A DNA stretch of 52,161 bases from positions 1 to 52,161 of the forward strand of contig CAYXXN010000001.1 in the NCBI GenBank assembly GCA_964469055.1, in the 5' to 3' direction. The notes below the pieces were generated by a model. It was not told the origin of the DNA, did not search any database, and saw only the letters and a program-made list of their open reading frames with translations. Position 1 is the stretch's first letter. Every line of letters starts with the position of its first letter. Both the position numbers and the translations under genes were made by a program. Positions 36,153 to 47,200 of this stretch are shown in pieces. Source of the DNA: an uncultured Thermoanaerobaculia bacterium (lineage in GTDB: Bacteria; Acidobacteriota; Thermoanaerobaculia; Multivoradales; JAHEKO01).

Positions 36153-36492
36153 AGCGATCCTCGAGGCGCACCACATCGTCGAGCTCCGGGGTCGAGATCT
36201 CGATCAGATCGCAGCCGCGTGTCCCGGCGATGAGTCGGTGGCGCGTGCGGGGCGGCAGGCGATAGGCCTCTCCCTCCGCGAGGAGGCGGGACACGAGGAG
36301 TCCGTCCTCCTCCACCACCAGCTCGCAGTCGCCGTTGAGCAGGTAGAGCGTCTCGTCCTTGGCCTCGTGATACTGCAACGAGAGCGCCTCGCCGGGCTCG
36401 ACGTGGAGGATCTTGCCGGCGTAGCGATCCGTGTGGGCCAGCACCAGCTCGTGGCCCCACGGTTTGTCGATCTTGCGCACGGAGACGAGCAT
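36139..36492 (-). CDS. Cupin-domain protein (type II phosphomannose-isomerase-like cupin)
   Basis: 117 aa. ..KPWGHELVLAHTDRYAGKILHVEPGEALSLQYHEAKDETLYLL.G......... is the cupin motif G(X)5HxH-like region seen in small PMI-type cupins. Confidence 0.7.
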   Translation of the reverse strand: MLVSVRKIDKPWGHELVLAHTDRYAGKILHVEPGEALSLQYHEAKDETLYLLNGDCELVVEEDGLLVSRLLAEGEAYRLPPRTRHRLIAGTRGCDLIEISTPELDDVVRLEDRYGRI

Positions 36493-36512
36493 GGGCTCGG
36501 GCAGGGGCACAC

Positions 36513-38249
<1,737 letters not shown>

Positions 38250-38251
38250 GC

Positions 38252-38521
38252 TCAGGCCTCCTCTCCGAAGCCGTCGGAGATGAGGTCGACGACGCTGGCC
38301 AGCGCCGCCTCCTCGTCCGCGCCCTCGCAGCGCACCCGCACCCGGGAGCCCTGGGTCGCCGCCATCAACAGCAGGCCGAGGATGCTCTTGGCGTTCACCA
38401 CCTCCGAGCCGTCGCTCAGGGTCACGTGGCTGTCGAAGCCGCCGGCAACGTGCACCAGCTTGGCGGCGGCGCGGGCGTGGAGACCGAGGCGATTCACGAT
38501 CTCCACCTCACGCTCGACCAC
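38252..38521 (-). CDS. ptsH: Phosphocarrier protein HPr
   Basis: GTG 38521 is preceded by GGGGAGGG and places the catalytic His at position 15 (NRLGLHARAA). The regulatory Ser is present (VNAKSILGLL). The tracked ORF start 38536 is an alternative. Confidence 0.9.
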   Translation of the reverse strand: MVEREVEIVNRLGLHARAAAKLVHVAGGFDSHVTLSDGSEVVNAKSILGLLLMAATQGSRVRVRCEGADEEAALASVVDLISDGFGEEA

Positions 38522-38948
38522 GCTCGCCCTCCCCACACGGCGGCGCCGCTGCGGCGGCCTCGCCCTGGGCCCGGCAGATCCCGCCGCGGCTCTTCTCGAC
38601 GATCCACTCGGCGAGATCGGTGACGCTCGCCGTCGCCATGCCGCCGCAGGCCAGTCGCACCACCATCGGCAGGTTGACGCCGGCCAGCACTTCGACCTTG
38701 CCGCTGGCGCGCAGCGACGCGGCGACGTTGAACGGCGTGCCGCCGTAGATGTCGGTGAGGATGAGCACGCCCCGGCTGGAGTCGAGCTCGGCCAGCGCCG
38801 CTGCCGTCTTGGCGCGGGCCGCCTCGAAGGAGTCCTCCCAGTCGAGCGAGAGGGCCGCGAAGTCCGGTAGCTCCCCCACGATCGTCCGCGCCGCCGCCAA
38901 CAGCTCGCGGGCCAGGCCCCCGTGGCTCAGGATGAGCGTCGCCGCCAT
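38508..38948 (-). CDS. PTS EIIA component, mannose/sorbose family
   Basis: 146 aa. MAATLILSHGGLARELL.. (EIIA-Man His near position 10), ..VLILTDIYGGTPFN... Confidence 0.85.
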   Translation of the reverse strand: MAATLILSHGGLARELLAAARTIVGELPDFAALSLDWEDSFEAARAKTAAALAELDSSRGVLILTDIYGGTPFNVAASLRASGKVEVLAGVNLPMVVRLACGGMATASVTDLAEWIVEKSRGGICRAQGEAAAAAPPCGEGERGRA

Positions 38949-39824
38949 TCAGCGCTCCAGGTCGCGATGCACGAGGCGCACGTTCCATCCCTGGCCGCCC
39001 AGCCGCTCCTTGAGCTCCTGGGCGATGGCGACCGAGCGATGGCGGCCGCCGGTGCAGCCGATGCCGACCGACAGGTAGCTGCGCTCCTCGCGCTGGTAGT
39101 TGGGCAAGAGGTAGACCAGGAAGTCCTCGAGCCGCTCCACCAGCTCGCGGTACGCCGGTTGCGCCAGGAGGTAGTCGCGCACCGGGTCGTCCTGCCCGCT
39201 CTGTTCCCGCAGCTCCGGCACGAAATGGGGGTTGGGGAGAAAACGCACGTCGAAGAGCAAGTCGGTCCCATAGGGGATGCCGTACTTGAAGCCGAAGCTG
39301 GTCAGGGTGATGTCGAGGCCGGCCGCGGCGTCCAACTCGCCGAACTCGCGTTGCACCTGATGCCGGATTTCGTGGATGGTCCACTCGCTGGTGTCGTACA
39401 CCCGGTCGGCGGCACCCCGCAGATCGGCCAAGAGCTCGCGCTCGCGGCGGATCGCCTGGATGAGCGTCAGGTCCCCGGCCAGCGGATGCGGTCGCCGGGT
39501 CTCCGAGAAGCGGCGCACCAGGGCCTCGTCGCTCGCCTCCAGGAAGAGGAGCACGGGCTCCAGCCGTCCCCGGTCGATCTCCGCGAACAGGGCCGGAAAC
39601 TCCTCGGCGAAGCCGGGCGCGCGCACGTCCACCACCACCGCCAGGTCGGCGTCCGCCGGCACGGCGGCGTCGGGGTCGCGCAGCAGCTGACGCAGGAGAG
39701 GCAACGGCAGGTTGTCGACGCAGGTGGTGCCCAGATCCTCCAGGCACTTGGCGACCGAGCTCTTGCCCGAGCCCGAGAGCCCGGTGATGAGCACGAGCCG
39801 GCGCCGCGCCGGGCCTCCGCTCAT
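38949..39824 (-). CDS. rapZ: RNase adapter / nucleotide-binding protein RapZ (YvcJ/YhbJ family)
   Basis: ATG 39824 (ATGA overlap with the hprK stop). 291 aa. Walker A ITGLSGSGKS, ..DVRFLPNPHF...LR..SG.D..V..Y.., ..IGCTGGRHRSVAIA... Confidence 0.92.
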   Translation of the reverse strand: MSGGPARRRLVLITGLSGSGKSSVAKCLEDLGTTCVDNLPLPLLRQLLRDPDAAVPADADLAVVVDVRAPGFAEEFPALFAEIDRGRLEPVLLFLEASDEALVRRFSETRRPHPLAGDLTLIQAIRRERELLADLRGAADRVYDTSEWTIHEIRHQVQREFGELDAAAGLDITLTSFGFKYGIPYGTDLLFDVRFLPNPHFVPELREQSGQDDPVRDYLLAQPAYRELVERLEDFLVYLLPNYQREERSYLSVGIGCTGGRHRSVAIAQELKERLGGQGWNVRLVHRDLER

Positions 39825-40777
39825 CAGTCCTCCTCCCGCTGCAGCCGTTCCTCGAGCCGCCGCGCGAACTCGCGAGCCGAGTGGTGTCCCTGGAGCTTCA
39901 GCAGGTGATTGCGGGCGGCGATCTCCACCAGGATCGACAGGTTGCGACCCAGGGCCACGGGCATCTTGATGTAGGGCACGGGTGTCTCGAGGATGTGGTA
40001 GACGGTCTCGTCGAGGCCGAGCCGGTCGTACGCCTTGCCCGGCTGCCAGGCCTCGAGCTCGACCACCAGATCGACCGACTTGCGTTGGCGCACGGCGGCC
40101 AGACCGAAGAGATCGTGGACGTTGACGATCCCCAGGCCGCGCAGCTCCATGTGGTAGCGCAGCGGCTCCTCGCAAAAGCCCACCAGCTCGCCGCTCGGGT
40201 AGAGCTTGATCGTGACCCGGTCGTCGGCCACCAGGCTGTGACCGCGGGTGATCAAGTCGAGCGCGCACTCGCTCTTCCCCACCCCACTCTCGCCGATGAG
40301 CAGCACCCCCAAGCCGTAGATGTCGAGCAGCACGCCGTGCAGATGGATCGAGGGAACGAGGTGGTCTTCGAGGAAGTAACTCACCCGCTTGATGACCGTC
40401 GAGGAGAGCGCCGGCGAGCGCAGGACGGGGATCTCGCGCTCGGCGCACAGGCGGCCGAACTCGGCGACCGGGTCCAGCCCCTTGGTCAGCACGAAGACCG
40501 GCACGGGCAGCTGGGTGATCGCGTCGCAGCGCTCCTGCCGCTCGGCGGCCGGCAGCTCGGAGAGGTACGCCGTCTCGCTCTCGCCGACGATCTGCACTCG
40601 GCCGTCCTTGATGTAACGGTAGTAGCCGGCGAAGGCGAGACCGGGCTTCTGCACTCGAGGGTGGGAGATGCGGTTGCGCAGGTGCGAGGCGCCGTGCAGG
40701 ACCTCGAAGTGGAGGTCGTGCAGCTCTTCCCCGAGCAGCTCGCGGACCTCGACCCAACTCGACTCGGGCTCGCTCAC
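39824..40777 (-). CDS. hprK: HPr kinase/phosphorylase
   Basis: 317 aa. ..HGVLLDIYGLGVLLIGESGVGKSECALDLITRGHSLVADD.. (P-loop and signature) and ..LRGLGIVNV... Confidence 0.93.
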   Translation of the reverse strand: MSEPESSWVEVRELLGEELHDLHFEVLHGASHLRNRISHPRVQKPGLAFAGYYRYIKDGRVQIVGESETAYLSELPAAERQERCDAITQLPVPVFVLTKGLDPVAEFGRLCAEREIPVLRSPALSSTVIKRVSYFLEDHLVPSIHLHGVLLDIYGLGVLLIGESGVGKSECALDLITRGHSLVADDRVTIKLYPSGELVGFCEEPLRYHMELRGLGIVNVHDLFGLAAVRQRKSVDLVVELEAWQPGKAYDRLGLDETVYHILETPVPYIKMPVALGRNLSILVEIAARNHLLKLQGHHSAREFARRLEERLQREED

Positions 40778-41148
40778 CCGGCCTCTCCCCCGACGCTCTC
40801 CTCCTCCTCCTCCTCCTCCTCGGGAGCCGCTTCGCCCGTCGCCGCGCGGTCGCCGCGCCGCCGCCGATCCATGAACTTCTTGCGCGAACGCTGGGCCTGC
40901 GTCTCCAGCTTGTCGATGGCGAGGTTCAGCGCGTCGAGCAGGGTGTCGGTCTCCTCCCGCGCCTGCAGCACGCCGAAGCGGTGCGCGATGTGCACCTCGA
41001 CGATCTCCCGGTGCTTCTCCTCCTCGAGCGTGATCCGCACGTCGACCGGCTCCTCGAGGAACTTGATCACCTTGCGCAGTTTGCGCTCGGCGAACTCGCG
41101 GATCTCGGCGTTCAAGCGGACATGGCGCCCCACGTACTCGACGTTCAT
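40774..41148 (-). CDS. hpf: Ribosome hibernation promoting factor (short HPF/RaiA type) with acidic tail
   Basis: ATG 41148 (ATGA overlap with the rpoN stop). 124 aa. MNVEYVGRHVRLNAEIREFAERKL.....PVDVRITLEEEKHREIVEVHI... matches the sigma-54 modulation protein/S30EA fold. The tail contains E8 encoded by (GAG)8. Confidence 0.88.
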   Translation of the reverse strand: MNVEYVGRHVRLNAEIREFAERKLRKVIKFLEEPVDVRITLEEEKHREIVEVHIAHRFGVLQAREETDTLLDALNLAIDKLETQAQRSRKKFMDRRRRGDRAATGEAAPEEEEEEEESVGGEAG

Positions 41149-42605
41149 CCCGAAGTCCTCGAGAAGATCTGCCTGCGGTTGGTCGACGGAGGAATCCCCA
41201 ACTCGTCGCGGTACTTGGCGACGGTGCGACGCGCGATGTTGATGCCCTCGCGCTTGAGAGCTCGCGCCAGGCCGCTGTCCGAGATCGGCTGCGCGGATTC
41301 CTCGGAATGGATCAGTTGCTCGATCTTGCGCTTCACGGTGAGCGACGAGATGTCTTCGCCGTACTCGCGGTCGATGCCGCTGTGGAAGAAGAACTTCATC
41401 GGCGCGAGACCGCGGGGCGTGTGCAGGTACTTGTTCGACACCACGCGACTCACCGTCGACTCGTGCATGCCGATATCGTCGGCAACGTCGCGCAACACCA
41501 TCGGCCGCAGGTGCTCGATGCCGTGGTCGAGATAGGCGCGCTGCTGGCGGACGATCGATTCGGCGACCTTGTAGATCGTGCGCTGCCGCTGATCGAGGCT
41601 CTTGATCAACCAGACGGCGGAGCGCAGCTTGTCCTTCAAGAACTGCTGGGCCTCGCCCTCGCCCCCGCGGTCCTTCATGCCGCGCAGCATCTGACGGTAG
41701 GCGCGGCTGATGCGCAGCCGCGGCAGCCCGTCGTCGTTGAGCTGGATGACGTAGTCGCTGCCGACCTTCAAGACGTAGACGTCGGGGCTGACGTACTGCA
41801 CCCGATCGTTGGTGAACTTGCGCCCCGGTCGGGTCTCGAGCGCGCGGATGCGCTCGACAATCGGCTCGAGGTCGTCGAGGGCGACGGCGTACTTGCGCGC
41901 CAGGGCCTGGAACTGGCGACGCAAGAAGGCTTCCCAGTCCTGGCGGACGATGGCGAGGGCCAGCGAGTCCTCGGGCTCGCCCTCGGCCACCAACTGCGCC
42001 TCCAGACTCTCGCGCAGGTCGCGGCACGCCAGGCCCGGAGGGTCGAAGCCGCGCACCAGGGTGAGCGCCGCCTCCACCTCGGAGAGCTCGAAGGGCGGCT
42101 CGCCGTCGCACGCCCCGTCCCCCATCGCCCGGATCTCCTCCAGGCTGGCGACGAGGAAGCCTTCTTCGTCCAGATTGCCGATGACCAGCTCGGCGATCGC
42201 CCGCTGGCGGGGCGCCGTATCCCCCATGTGCAGTTGCCAGAGGAGGTGGTCGTAGAGGTCGGGCTGGTGCGTCAGGCTGTTCTCGAGCGGCGGCGCCTCG
42301 CGCGGCTCGGCCAGGATGGGCTCGGTCGAGCTCTCGAAGTAGTCGTTGAAGTAGGCCTCGAGGTCGATCTCTTCCGGCGGCGACTCCGTCGCTGCTTCCG
42401 CCGGCGCTTCCTCGACCTCGGCCGTGCGCTCCTCCTCGGCGGCCTCCTCGACCTCCTCGAGCACCGGGTTCTCTTCCAGCTCCTGGGTGACCAGGCCCTC
42501 GAGCTCGAGGCGGGTCATCTGCAGTAGCTTGATCGCCTGCTGCAGCGACGGCGTCATCACCAGCCTCTGGGAGAGCCGCAGGGAGAGCTTCTGCTCGAGG
42601 GCCAT
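41145..42605 (-). CDS. rpoN: RNA polymerase sigma-54 factor
   Basis: 486 aa. N-terminal Gln/Leu region MALEQKLSLRLSQRLVMTPSLQQAIKLLQ, acidic region, and C-terminal HTH and RpoN box (ARRTVAKYR). Confidence 0.96.
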   Translation of the reverse strand: MALEQKLSLRLSQRLVMTPSLQQAIKLLQMTRLELEGLVTQELEENPVLEEVEEAAEEERTAEVEEAPAEAATESPPEEIDLEAYFNDYFESSTEPILAEPREAPPLENSLTHQPDLYDHLLWQLHMGDTAPRQRAIAELVIGNLDEEGFLVASLEEIRAMGDGACDGEPPFELSEVEAALTLVRGFDPPGLACRDLRESLEAQLVAEGEPEDSLALAIVRQDWEAFLRRQFQALARKYAVALDDLEPIVERIRALETRPGRKFTNDRVQYVSPDVYVLKVGSDYVIQLNDDGLPRLRISRAYRQMLRGMKDRGGEGEAQQFLKDKLRSAVWLIKSLDQRQRTIYKVAESIVRQQRAYLDHGIEHLRPMVLRDVADDIGMHESTVSRVVSNKYLHTPRGLAPMKFFFHSGIDREYGEDISSLTVKRKIEQLIHSEESAQPISDSGLARALKREGINIARRTVAKYRDELGIPPSTNRRQIFSRTSG

Positions 42606-42617
42606 GGCGGGAGGAGG

Positions 42618-43334
42618 CTAGAGGGTGAAACCCTCGCCGAGGTAGATCTGCCTTACCTGAGGGTCCGCGGACAGATCGGCGGGGTGGCCCGACCTCAGGA
42701 TCGCGCCGTCGTTGATGATATAGGCGCGGTCGGTGATCTTCAAAGTTTCGCGCACGTTGTGATCGGTGATCAGGACCCCGATGCGCATCGATTTCAGGTG
42801 GCGGATGATCTCCTGGATGTCGAGCACGGCGATGGGGTCGATGCCGGCGAAGGGCTCGTCGAGGAGCACGAAGGCCGGCGCCAGGACGAGGGCGCGCGCG
42901 ATCTCGGTGCGCCGTCGCTCGCCGCCCGAGAGCAGGTAGCCGGGTGTCGTCCGCACGTGCGACAGGCCGAACTGGCGGATCAACTGGTCGACCCGTCGCT
43001 CCTGATCGTTGCGCGCCAGGTCGAGGGTCTGGAAGATCGCTCGCAGATTCTCCTCCACCGTCAGCTTGCGGAAGACGGAGGGCTCCTGCGGCAGGTAGCT
43101 GATGCCGCGCCGCGCCCGAAGGTACATGGGCAGATCGCCGATCTCCTCGTCGCCGAGCAGCACCTGGCCGTCGTCGGGCCGGGTCAGCCCGACGACCATG
43201 TAGAAGGTCGTCGTCTTGCCGGCGCCGTTGGGCCCCAAGAGGCCCACGATCTCGCCCGGACGCACCTCGATCGACACGTCGTTGACGACCGCCCGCCCGC
43301 CGTAGACCTTGCGCAAGTGGCGGGTCGCCAGCAT
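42618..43334 (-). CDS. lptB: LPS export ABC transporter ATP-binding protein LptB
   Basis: ATG 43334; 238 aa. Walker [10 protein letters not shown], signature LSGGERRR, Walker B FVLLDEP. Located immediately upstream of rpoN, as in the proteobacterial locus. Confidence 0.93.
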   Translation of the reverse strand: MLATRHLRKVYGGRAVVNDVSIEVRPGEIVGLLGPNGAGKTTTFYMVVGLTRPDDGQVLLGDEEIGDLPMYLRARRGISYLPQEPSVFRKLTVEENLRAIFQTLDLARNDQERRVDQLIRQFGLSHVRTTPGYLLSGGERRRTEIARALVLAPAFVLLDEPFAGIDPIAVLDIQEIIRHLKSMRIGVLITDHNVRETLKITDRAYIINDGAILRSGHPADLSADPQVRQIYLGEGFTL

Positions 43335-43354
43335 GCGGTCGGCGCCCAGGGCAG

Positions 43355-45490
43355 TCACCTCCCGACCTCCGGCCGATCCGGCGGGTCCTCGTCGTCGGCC
43401 CCCTCGACCGGCGGGGGCGCCTCCTCCGCCGGCAACCCCTCCTCGGCGGCGGCGGGAGGTTCCGGCACGAGTGGCTCGGGAACCGGTCCGAAGGGATCGT
43501 CGACCCCCCCGGCTTGGCTGTCGAGCGCGGCCGTGCCGCTCTCGAAGTCGTAGAAGACGGCCCTGCCCAGGAACTCCGCGCCGTCCCGATCGACCAGCCG
43601 CACGGGGTCGCCCGTGACGCGGACCTTCTCGAGCTCCGGCCGGTACTCGGCGGCTTGGCCGTAGACCTTGTTGCCGGACTCGGGGTCGTCGATCTGAACG
43701 GGGCCGAGACACTCCATGAGCTCGAACTCGTCGGCGTCGTCGAGGTGGAGCCGGATCTCGCGGCAGAGCATGTGGGCCTTGCCTAGCCGGGCGCGCGCCG
43801 ACCCTTCGTAGACCAGGACTCTCTCCTGCCGGGTATAGCGCAGGCGCTGCGAGGTCACCTCGAGCGGCTGGGCAGGAGCCGCCTCTGGAGCGCCGTCCGC
43901 CCCGCCCTCCTCTCCCCCGGCCGTTACGCCACGGGCGGCCGTCTCCCAGACGGTCTTGATCGGTCCGCTGGCGGTGAACTCCTCGCCGTCGCCGCCCAGC
44001 GTCTGGGCGAGCAGATAGTTGGGCCCCTGCCAGGCGCGAACGCTCTGCTCGAAGCGGAAGCCCTGCTCGCGCTGCCAGGTTGCCTGCTCGGCCACGACGT
44101 GCAGCGGCTCCTCCGCCTCGCCGCCCGGGCCGAGCGCCAGAGCCTGCCCGCGCTCCATGTCCGCACGCACCCCGTCGACGGCGCGCACGTCGCCCTGCTC
44201 GCGATCGATGGAGATGTGGGGCGAAGCGACCCGCACGCCGTCGCGGGCGATCCAGGTACCGGGCCCTTCGAGCAAGAGTTCGCCCGAGGCCTCCGCGAGG
44301 CTCAGGCGCGGCGTGCGAGCCTGCGTCCAGGGCTCGGCGAGGTCGACGCCGCCGTCGACCTGCAGGCCCGTGATGTCACCGGAGGATCCGACGCTCATCC
44401 GCAGCGTCTCGCCGCAGAGGAGCCGCAGGCTGGGCGTCGGCGCCGCGGCGAGGTACTCCTCGAGTCGCACTCCGGCGTCGCCGGCCAGGCTCGCTAGCCG
44501 GCGATCCCGGAACTCCGCCACCACCTCACGAGACTCGAGCGAGCGCACCAGCCCGGCGGCCTCGAGCGCCAGGCGGGCGATCGGATGCGGCCCAGCGAGG
44601 AGATTGGCGCGGGCCGGAGCGCCATCCTCGTCGAAGGCGACGCGCAGCTCGTGCCCGTCGGCCTCGAGACGATGCAGCAGGCCGTCGCCGCGCCCTTCGA
44701 GGGCGGCGAGCCGCACCCCCCACTGGGCGTCGAGCTGCTGCAGGGTGCGCTCGTCGGCCGCCAGCTGAAGGTTGAGGCGGCTGGCGGCGAGCCGATCGTC
44801 GCCGCGGCCGAGCACCACATCGCCATCGGCTTGCAAGAGGCGCGTCTCGCGGTTGTAGGTCACGCGGCGCGCGTCGAGGCCGAAGGGCGGAAACATGCCG
44901 GGCTCGCTCCGCACGCTCACCTCACCGGCGAGCAGGAACTCGTCGCTACGGAAGTTCGCCTCGAGCTGCCGCGCCCGACCGACATAGCCGCCCCCGAACA
45001 CGAAGCTGACCGGGGCGAGGCTCATCAGGTAGCGTCCGCGGCGCCGCATCTCGAGGCCCTCGGTGCGCAGCGTGACCCCGTCCGGGCCTTCGAGTGCCAC
45101 CTTGCCCTCGAGCACGGCGTGCTTGCTCTTGGCGTTGTAGAGCGCCCGCTCGCTCTGCACGCGGTACACGCCTCCGCCCTCGCGCTCGACGCTCAAGACG
45201 ACACCTTCGAGCGAGAAGTCGTCCTCCTGGCGCGAGGCGATGCGGTTGGCCTGGATGCCGAACACCTTGCGCCCTTGATCCGTGAGCTCGAAGGCGAAGC
45301 CCTCGCCGGACAGCACGAGTCCCTCGAGGTCGTCGGTTCCCCCCTCCTCGCGGGCCGGGGTCAAGCCCACACTACGCTGGCCGCGGCCCCACCAATAGAG
45401 CGCCGCCACCGCCAGCGCGAAAAGGACGAAGCCGCCGGCCAGGGCGCGGCGCACCCAGATCACGGTAGGGTCACGCGCTTTCCTCACCAC
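43355..45490 (-). CDS. Membrane-anchored LptC-like / multi-OstA(LptA)-like fusion protein
   Basis: GTG 45490 (or 45487) lies 8 nt after the recJ stop; 711 aa. It has one N-terminal TM helix ([19 protein letters not shown]) and an LptC-like module. Several OstA-like repeats follow (..[34 protein letters not shown]..). The LptA-like C-terminal module is (..[34 protein letters not shown]...[26 protein letters not shown]..). The tail is acidic and Pro-rich. It occupies the lptC-lptA slot upstream of lptB. Confidence 0.65.
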   Translation of the reverse strand: MVRKARDPTVIWVRRALAGGFVLFALAVAALYWWGRGQRSVGLTPAREEGGTDDLEGLVLSGEGFAFELTDQGRKVFGIQANRIASRQEDDFSLEGVVLSVEREGGGVYRVQSERALYNAKSKHAVLEGKVALEGPDGVTLRTEGLEMRRRGRYLMSLAPVSFVFGGGYVGRARQLEANFRSDEFLLAGEVSVRSEPGMFPPFGLDARRVTYNRETRLLQADGDVVLGRGDDRLAASRLNLQLAADERTLQQLDAQWGVRLAALEGRGDGLLHRLEADGHELRVAFDEDGAPARANLLAGPHPIARLALEAAGLVRSLESREVVAEFRDRRLASLAGDAGVRLEEYLAAAPTPSLRLLCGETLRMSVGSSGDITGLQVDGGVDLAEPWTQARTPRLSLAEASGELLLEGPGTWIARDGVRVASPHISIDREQGDVRAVDGVRADMERGQALALGPGGEAEEPLHVVAEQATWQREQGFRFEQSVRAWQGPNYLLAQTLGGDGEEFTASGPIKTVWETAARGVTAGGEEGGADGAPEAAPAQPLEVTSQRLRYTRQERVLVYEGSARARLGKAHMLCREIRLHLDDADEFELMECLGPVQIDDPESGNKVYGQAAEYRPELEKVRVTGDPVRLVDRDGAEFLGRAVFYDFESGTAALDSQAGGVDDPFGPVPEPLVPEPPAAAEEGLPAEEAPPPVEGADDEDPPDRPEVGR

Positions 45491-45498
45491 GGCCGATT

Positions 45499-47196
45499 CT
45501 AAGCGGGGGCCGGGCCGCGCCAGGCGCGGGCCGCCTCGAGCTGGAAGACCGGGCACTCCCGGTAGCGATCGAGCCGCAAGGTGCCGAGCGCCTCGAACTC
45601 GCCCGCCAGCTCGGAGGCCCGCTCGCCCCAACCCCAGCCGACGACGGAGAGCGGCCGGCCGCTCGGCGAGAGCGCCGCCGCCGAGAGGTGCCCCCGCCCG
45701 AAGGGGCGCGGGCTGCCCAGCAGCCGCAGAGGTCCCACGCGCAGCAGCGGCTCCGGGTTGCCGACGCCGAAGGGCTCGAGCTGCATCAGGTCGGCCAGGA
45801 GCCCCTCGTCCAGGGCTTCGGGCGGCAGGGCGGCCTCGTACTCGAGGGTGCGCGCCAGGAGCTCGGCCGGCCAGCTCGCGGCCGCCGCCTGCCACGCGGA
45901 GCGCAGCTCGGGTAGGCGCTCGCTCGTCGCCGAGAGGCCGACCGCCTGGGCATGCCCGCCGAAACGCACCAGAGCGTCGCTCCACGGGGCCAGGAAGTCG
46001 AAGAGGTCGATGCCGGGCAGGCTGCGCCCCGACCCGACGGCGATCTCACCGTCGACCGAGAGCAACAACGTGGGTCGATGAAAGGCGCGAGCCAGGTGGC
46101 CGGCGGCGATGCCGACCACGCCGCGATGCCAGTCCGCGCTCCAATCCACCAGGATCCCGGGCAGCGGCGCCCAGCTCGCGAAGCGAGCGGCGGCCTCTTC
46201 GACGACCGCATCCTGCGCCGAGCGGCGATCGCGGTTGTGCTCCTCCAGTCCGGCCGCCAGCTCCTCGGCGGCGCTCGGGTCGCGAGTCAAGAGCAACTCG
46301 AGGGCCCGCTCGGCGCTCGCCATGCGGCCAGCCGCGTTGAGGCGCGGCGCGAGACGGAAGGCGACGTCCTCGCTGGTCACGGGAGGGACCGTGCCGGCGT
46401 GGCGCATGAGGGCCTGCAGCCCCAGCGAGCGGGTCGCCGGCAGGGCCCGCAGGCCGAGGGCGGCGATGACCCGGTTCTCGCGCGTCAGGGGGACCATGTC
46501 GGCGATCGTTCCCAGGCAGGCCAGGCGCAGCAGGCTGGTCGGCGACACCGCCTTGCCGCAACGCTCGCCGAAGGCCGAGGCGAGCTTGAAGGCCAGGCCG
46601 GCCCCGCAGAGGTCCGCCGAGGCGTCGGTCCGACCGGCGCGCCGCGGGTTGATCTCCAGCGCTCCAGCGGGTGGCTCGCCGTGCGCCAGGTGATGGTCGG
46701 TGACGATGACGTCGAGCCCGCGCTCCCTGGCCGCCGCCACGGCGGCGTGGGCGCCGCTGCCGCAGTCCGCCGTGACGATCAGCCCGCAGCCCAGCGCCGC
46801 CGCCCGCGCGGCGTGCTCGGACTGGAAGCCGTAGCCCTCGCGCAGTCGCTCGGGCAGGATGCTCTCCACCGCCAGACCGCAGGCGCGGAACACCGCCACC
46901 AGCTGAGCGGCGGCCGTGACGCCGTCGACGTCGTAGTCGGCGACGACCGCCACGCGCTCACCGCGCGCCCGCCCGGCGGCGAGGCGCTCGACGGCCGCGC
47001 CGAGTCGCGGCAGGGTGTCCGGAGCCGCGAGCGCCCCGAGCTGAGGATCGAGGAAGGCGGAGGCAGCGGCAGGATTGGCCACCCCGCGCCGCGCCAGCAG
47101 CTCGGAGCGCCAGCGGGGATGCCCGGCCGCTTCCAGGGCCGCGGCGGAGGCCGGCCGCGGCGCTGCCACCCACCGCGCCTGGTCGGCGGAGCTCAC
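45499..47196 (-). CDS. recJ: Single-stranded-DNA-specific exonuclease RecJ
   Basis: GTG 47196 lies 5 nt after the accA stop; 565 aa. DHH motifs (VAVVADYDVDGVTAAA, IVTADCGS, VIVTDHH) and DHHA1 (..GGHAQAVG..). Confidence 0.9.
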   Translation of the reverse strand: MSSADQARWVAAPRPASAAALEAAGHPRWRSELLARRGVANPAAASAFLDPQLGALAAPDTLPRLGAAVERLAAGRARGERVAVVADYDVDGVTAAAQLVAVFRACGLAVESILPERLREGYGFQSEHAARAAALGCGLIVTADCGSGAHAAVAAARERGLDVIVTDHHLAHGEPPAGALEINPRRAGRTDASADLCGAGLAFKLASAFGERCGKAVSPTSLLRLACLGTIADMVPLTRENRVIAALGLRALPATRSLGLQALMRHAGTVPPVTSEDVAFRLAPRLNAAGRMASAERALELLLTRDPSAAEELAAGLEEHNRDRRSAQDAVVEEAAARFASWAPLPGILVDWSADWHRGVVGIAAGHLARAFHRPTLLLSVDGEIAVGSGRSLPGIDLFDFLAPWSDALVRFGGHAQAVGLSATSERLPELRSAWQAAAASWPAELLARTLEYEAALPPEALDEGLLADLMQLEPFGVGNPEPLLRVGPLRLLGSPRPFGRGHLSAAALSPSGRPLSVVGWGWGERASELAGEFEALGTLRLDRYRECPVFQLEAARAWRGPAPA

Positions 47197-47200
47197 CCGC

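Noticed and set aside
40797-40820. (CTC)8 simple repeat considered as a phase-variation switch or array
   Set aside because: It is an in-frame trinucleotide repeat inside hpf encoding Glu8. Length change cannot switch the frame. It is reported only as a minor finding.
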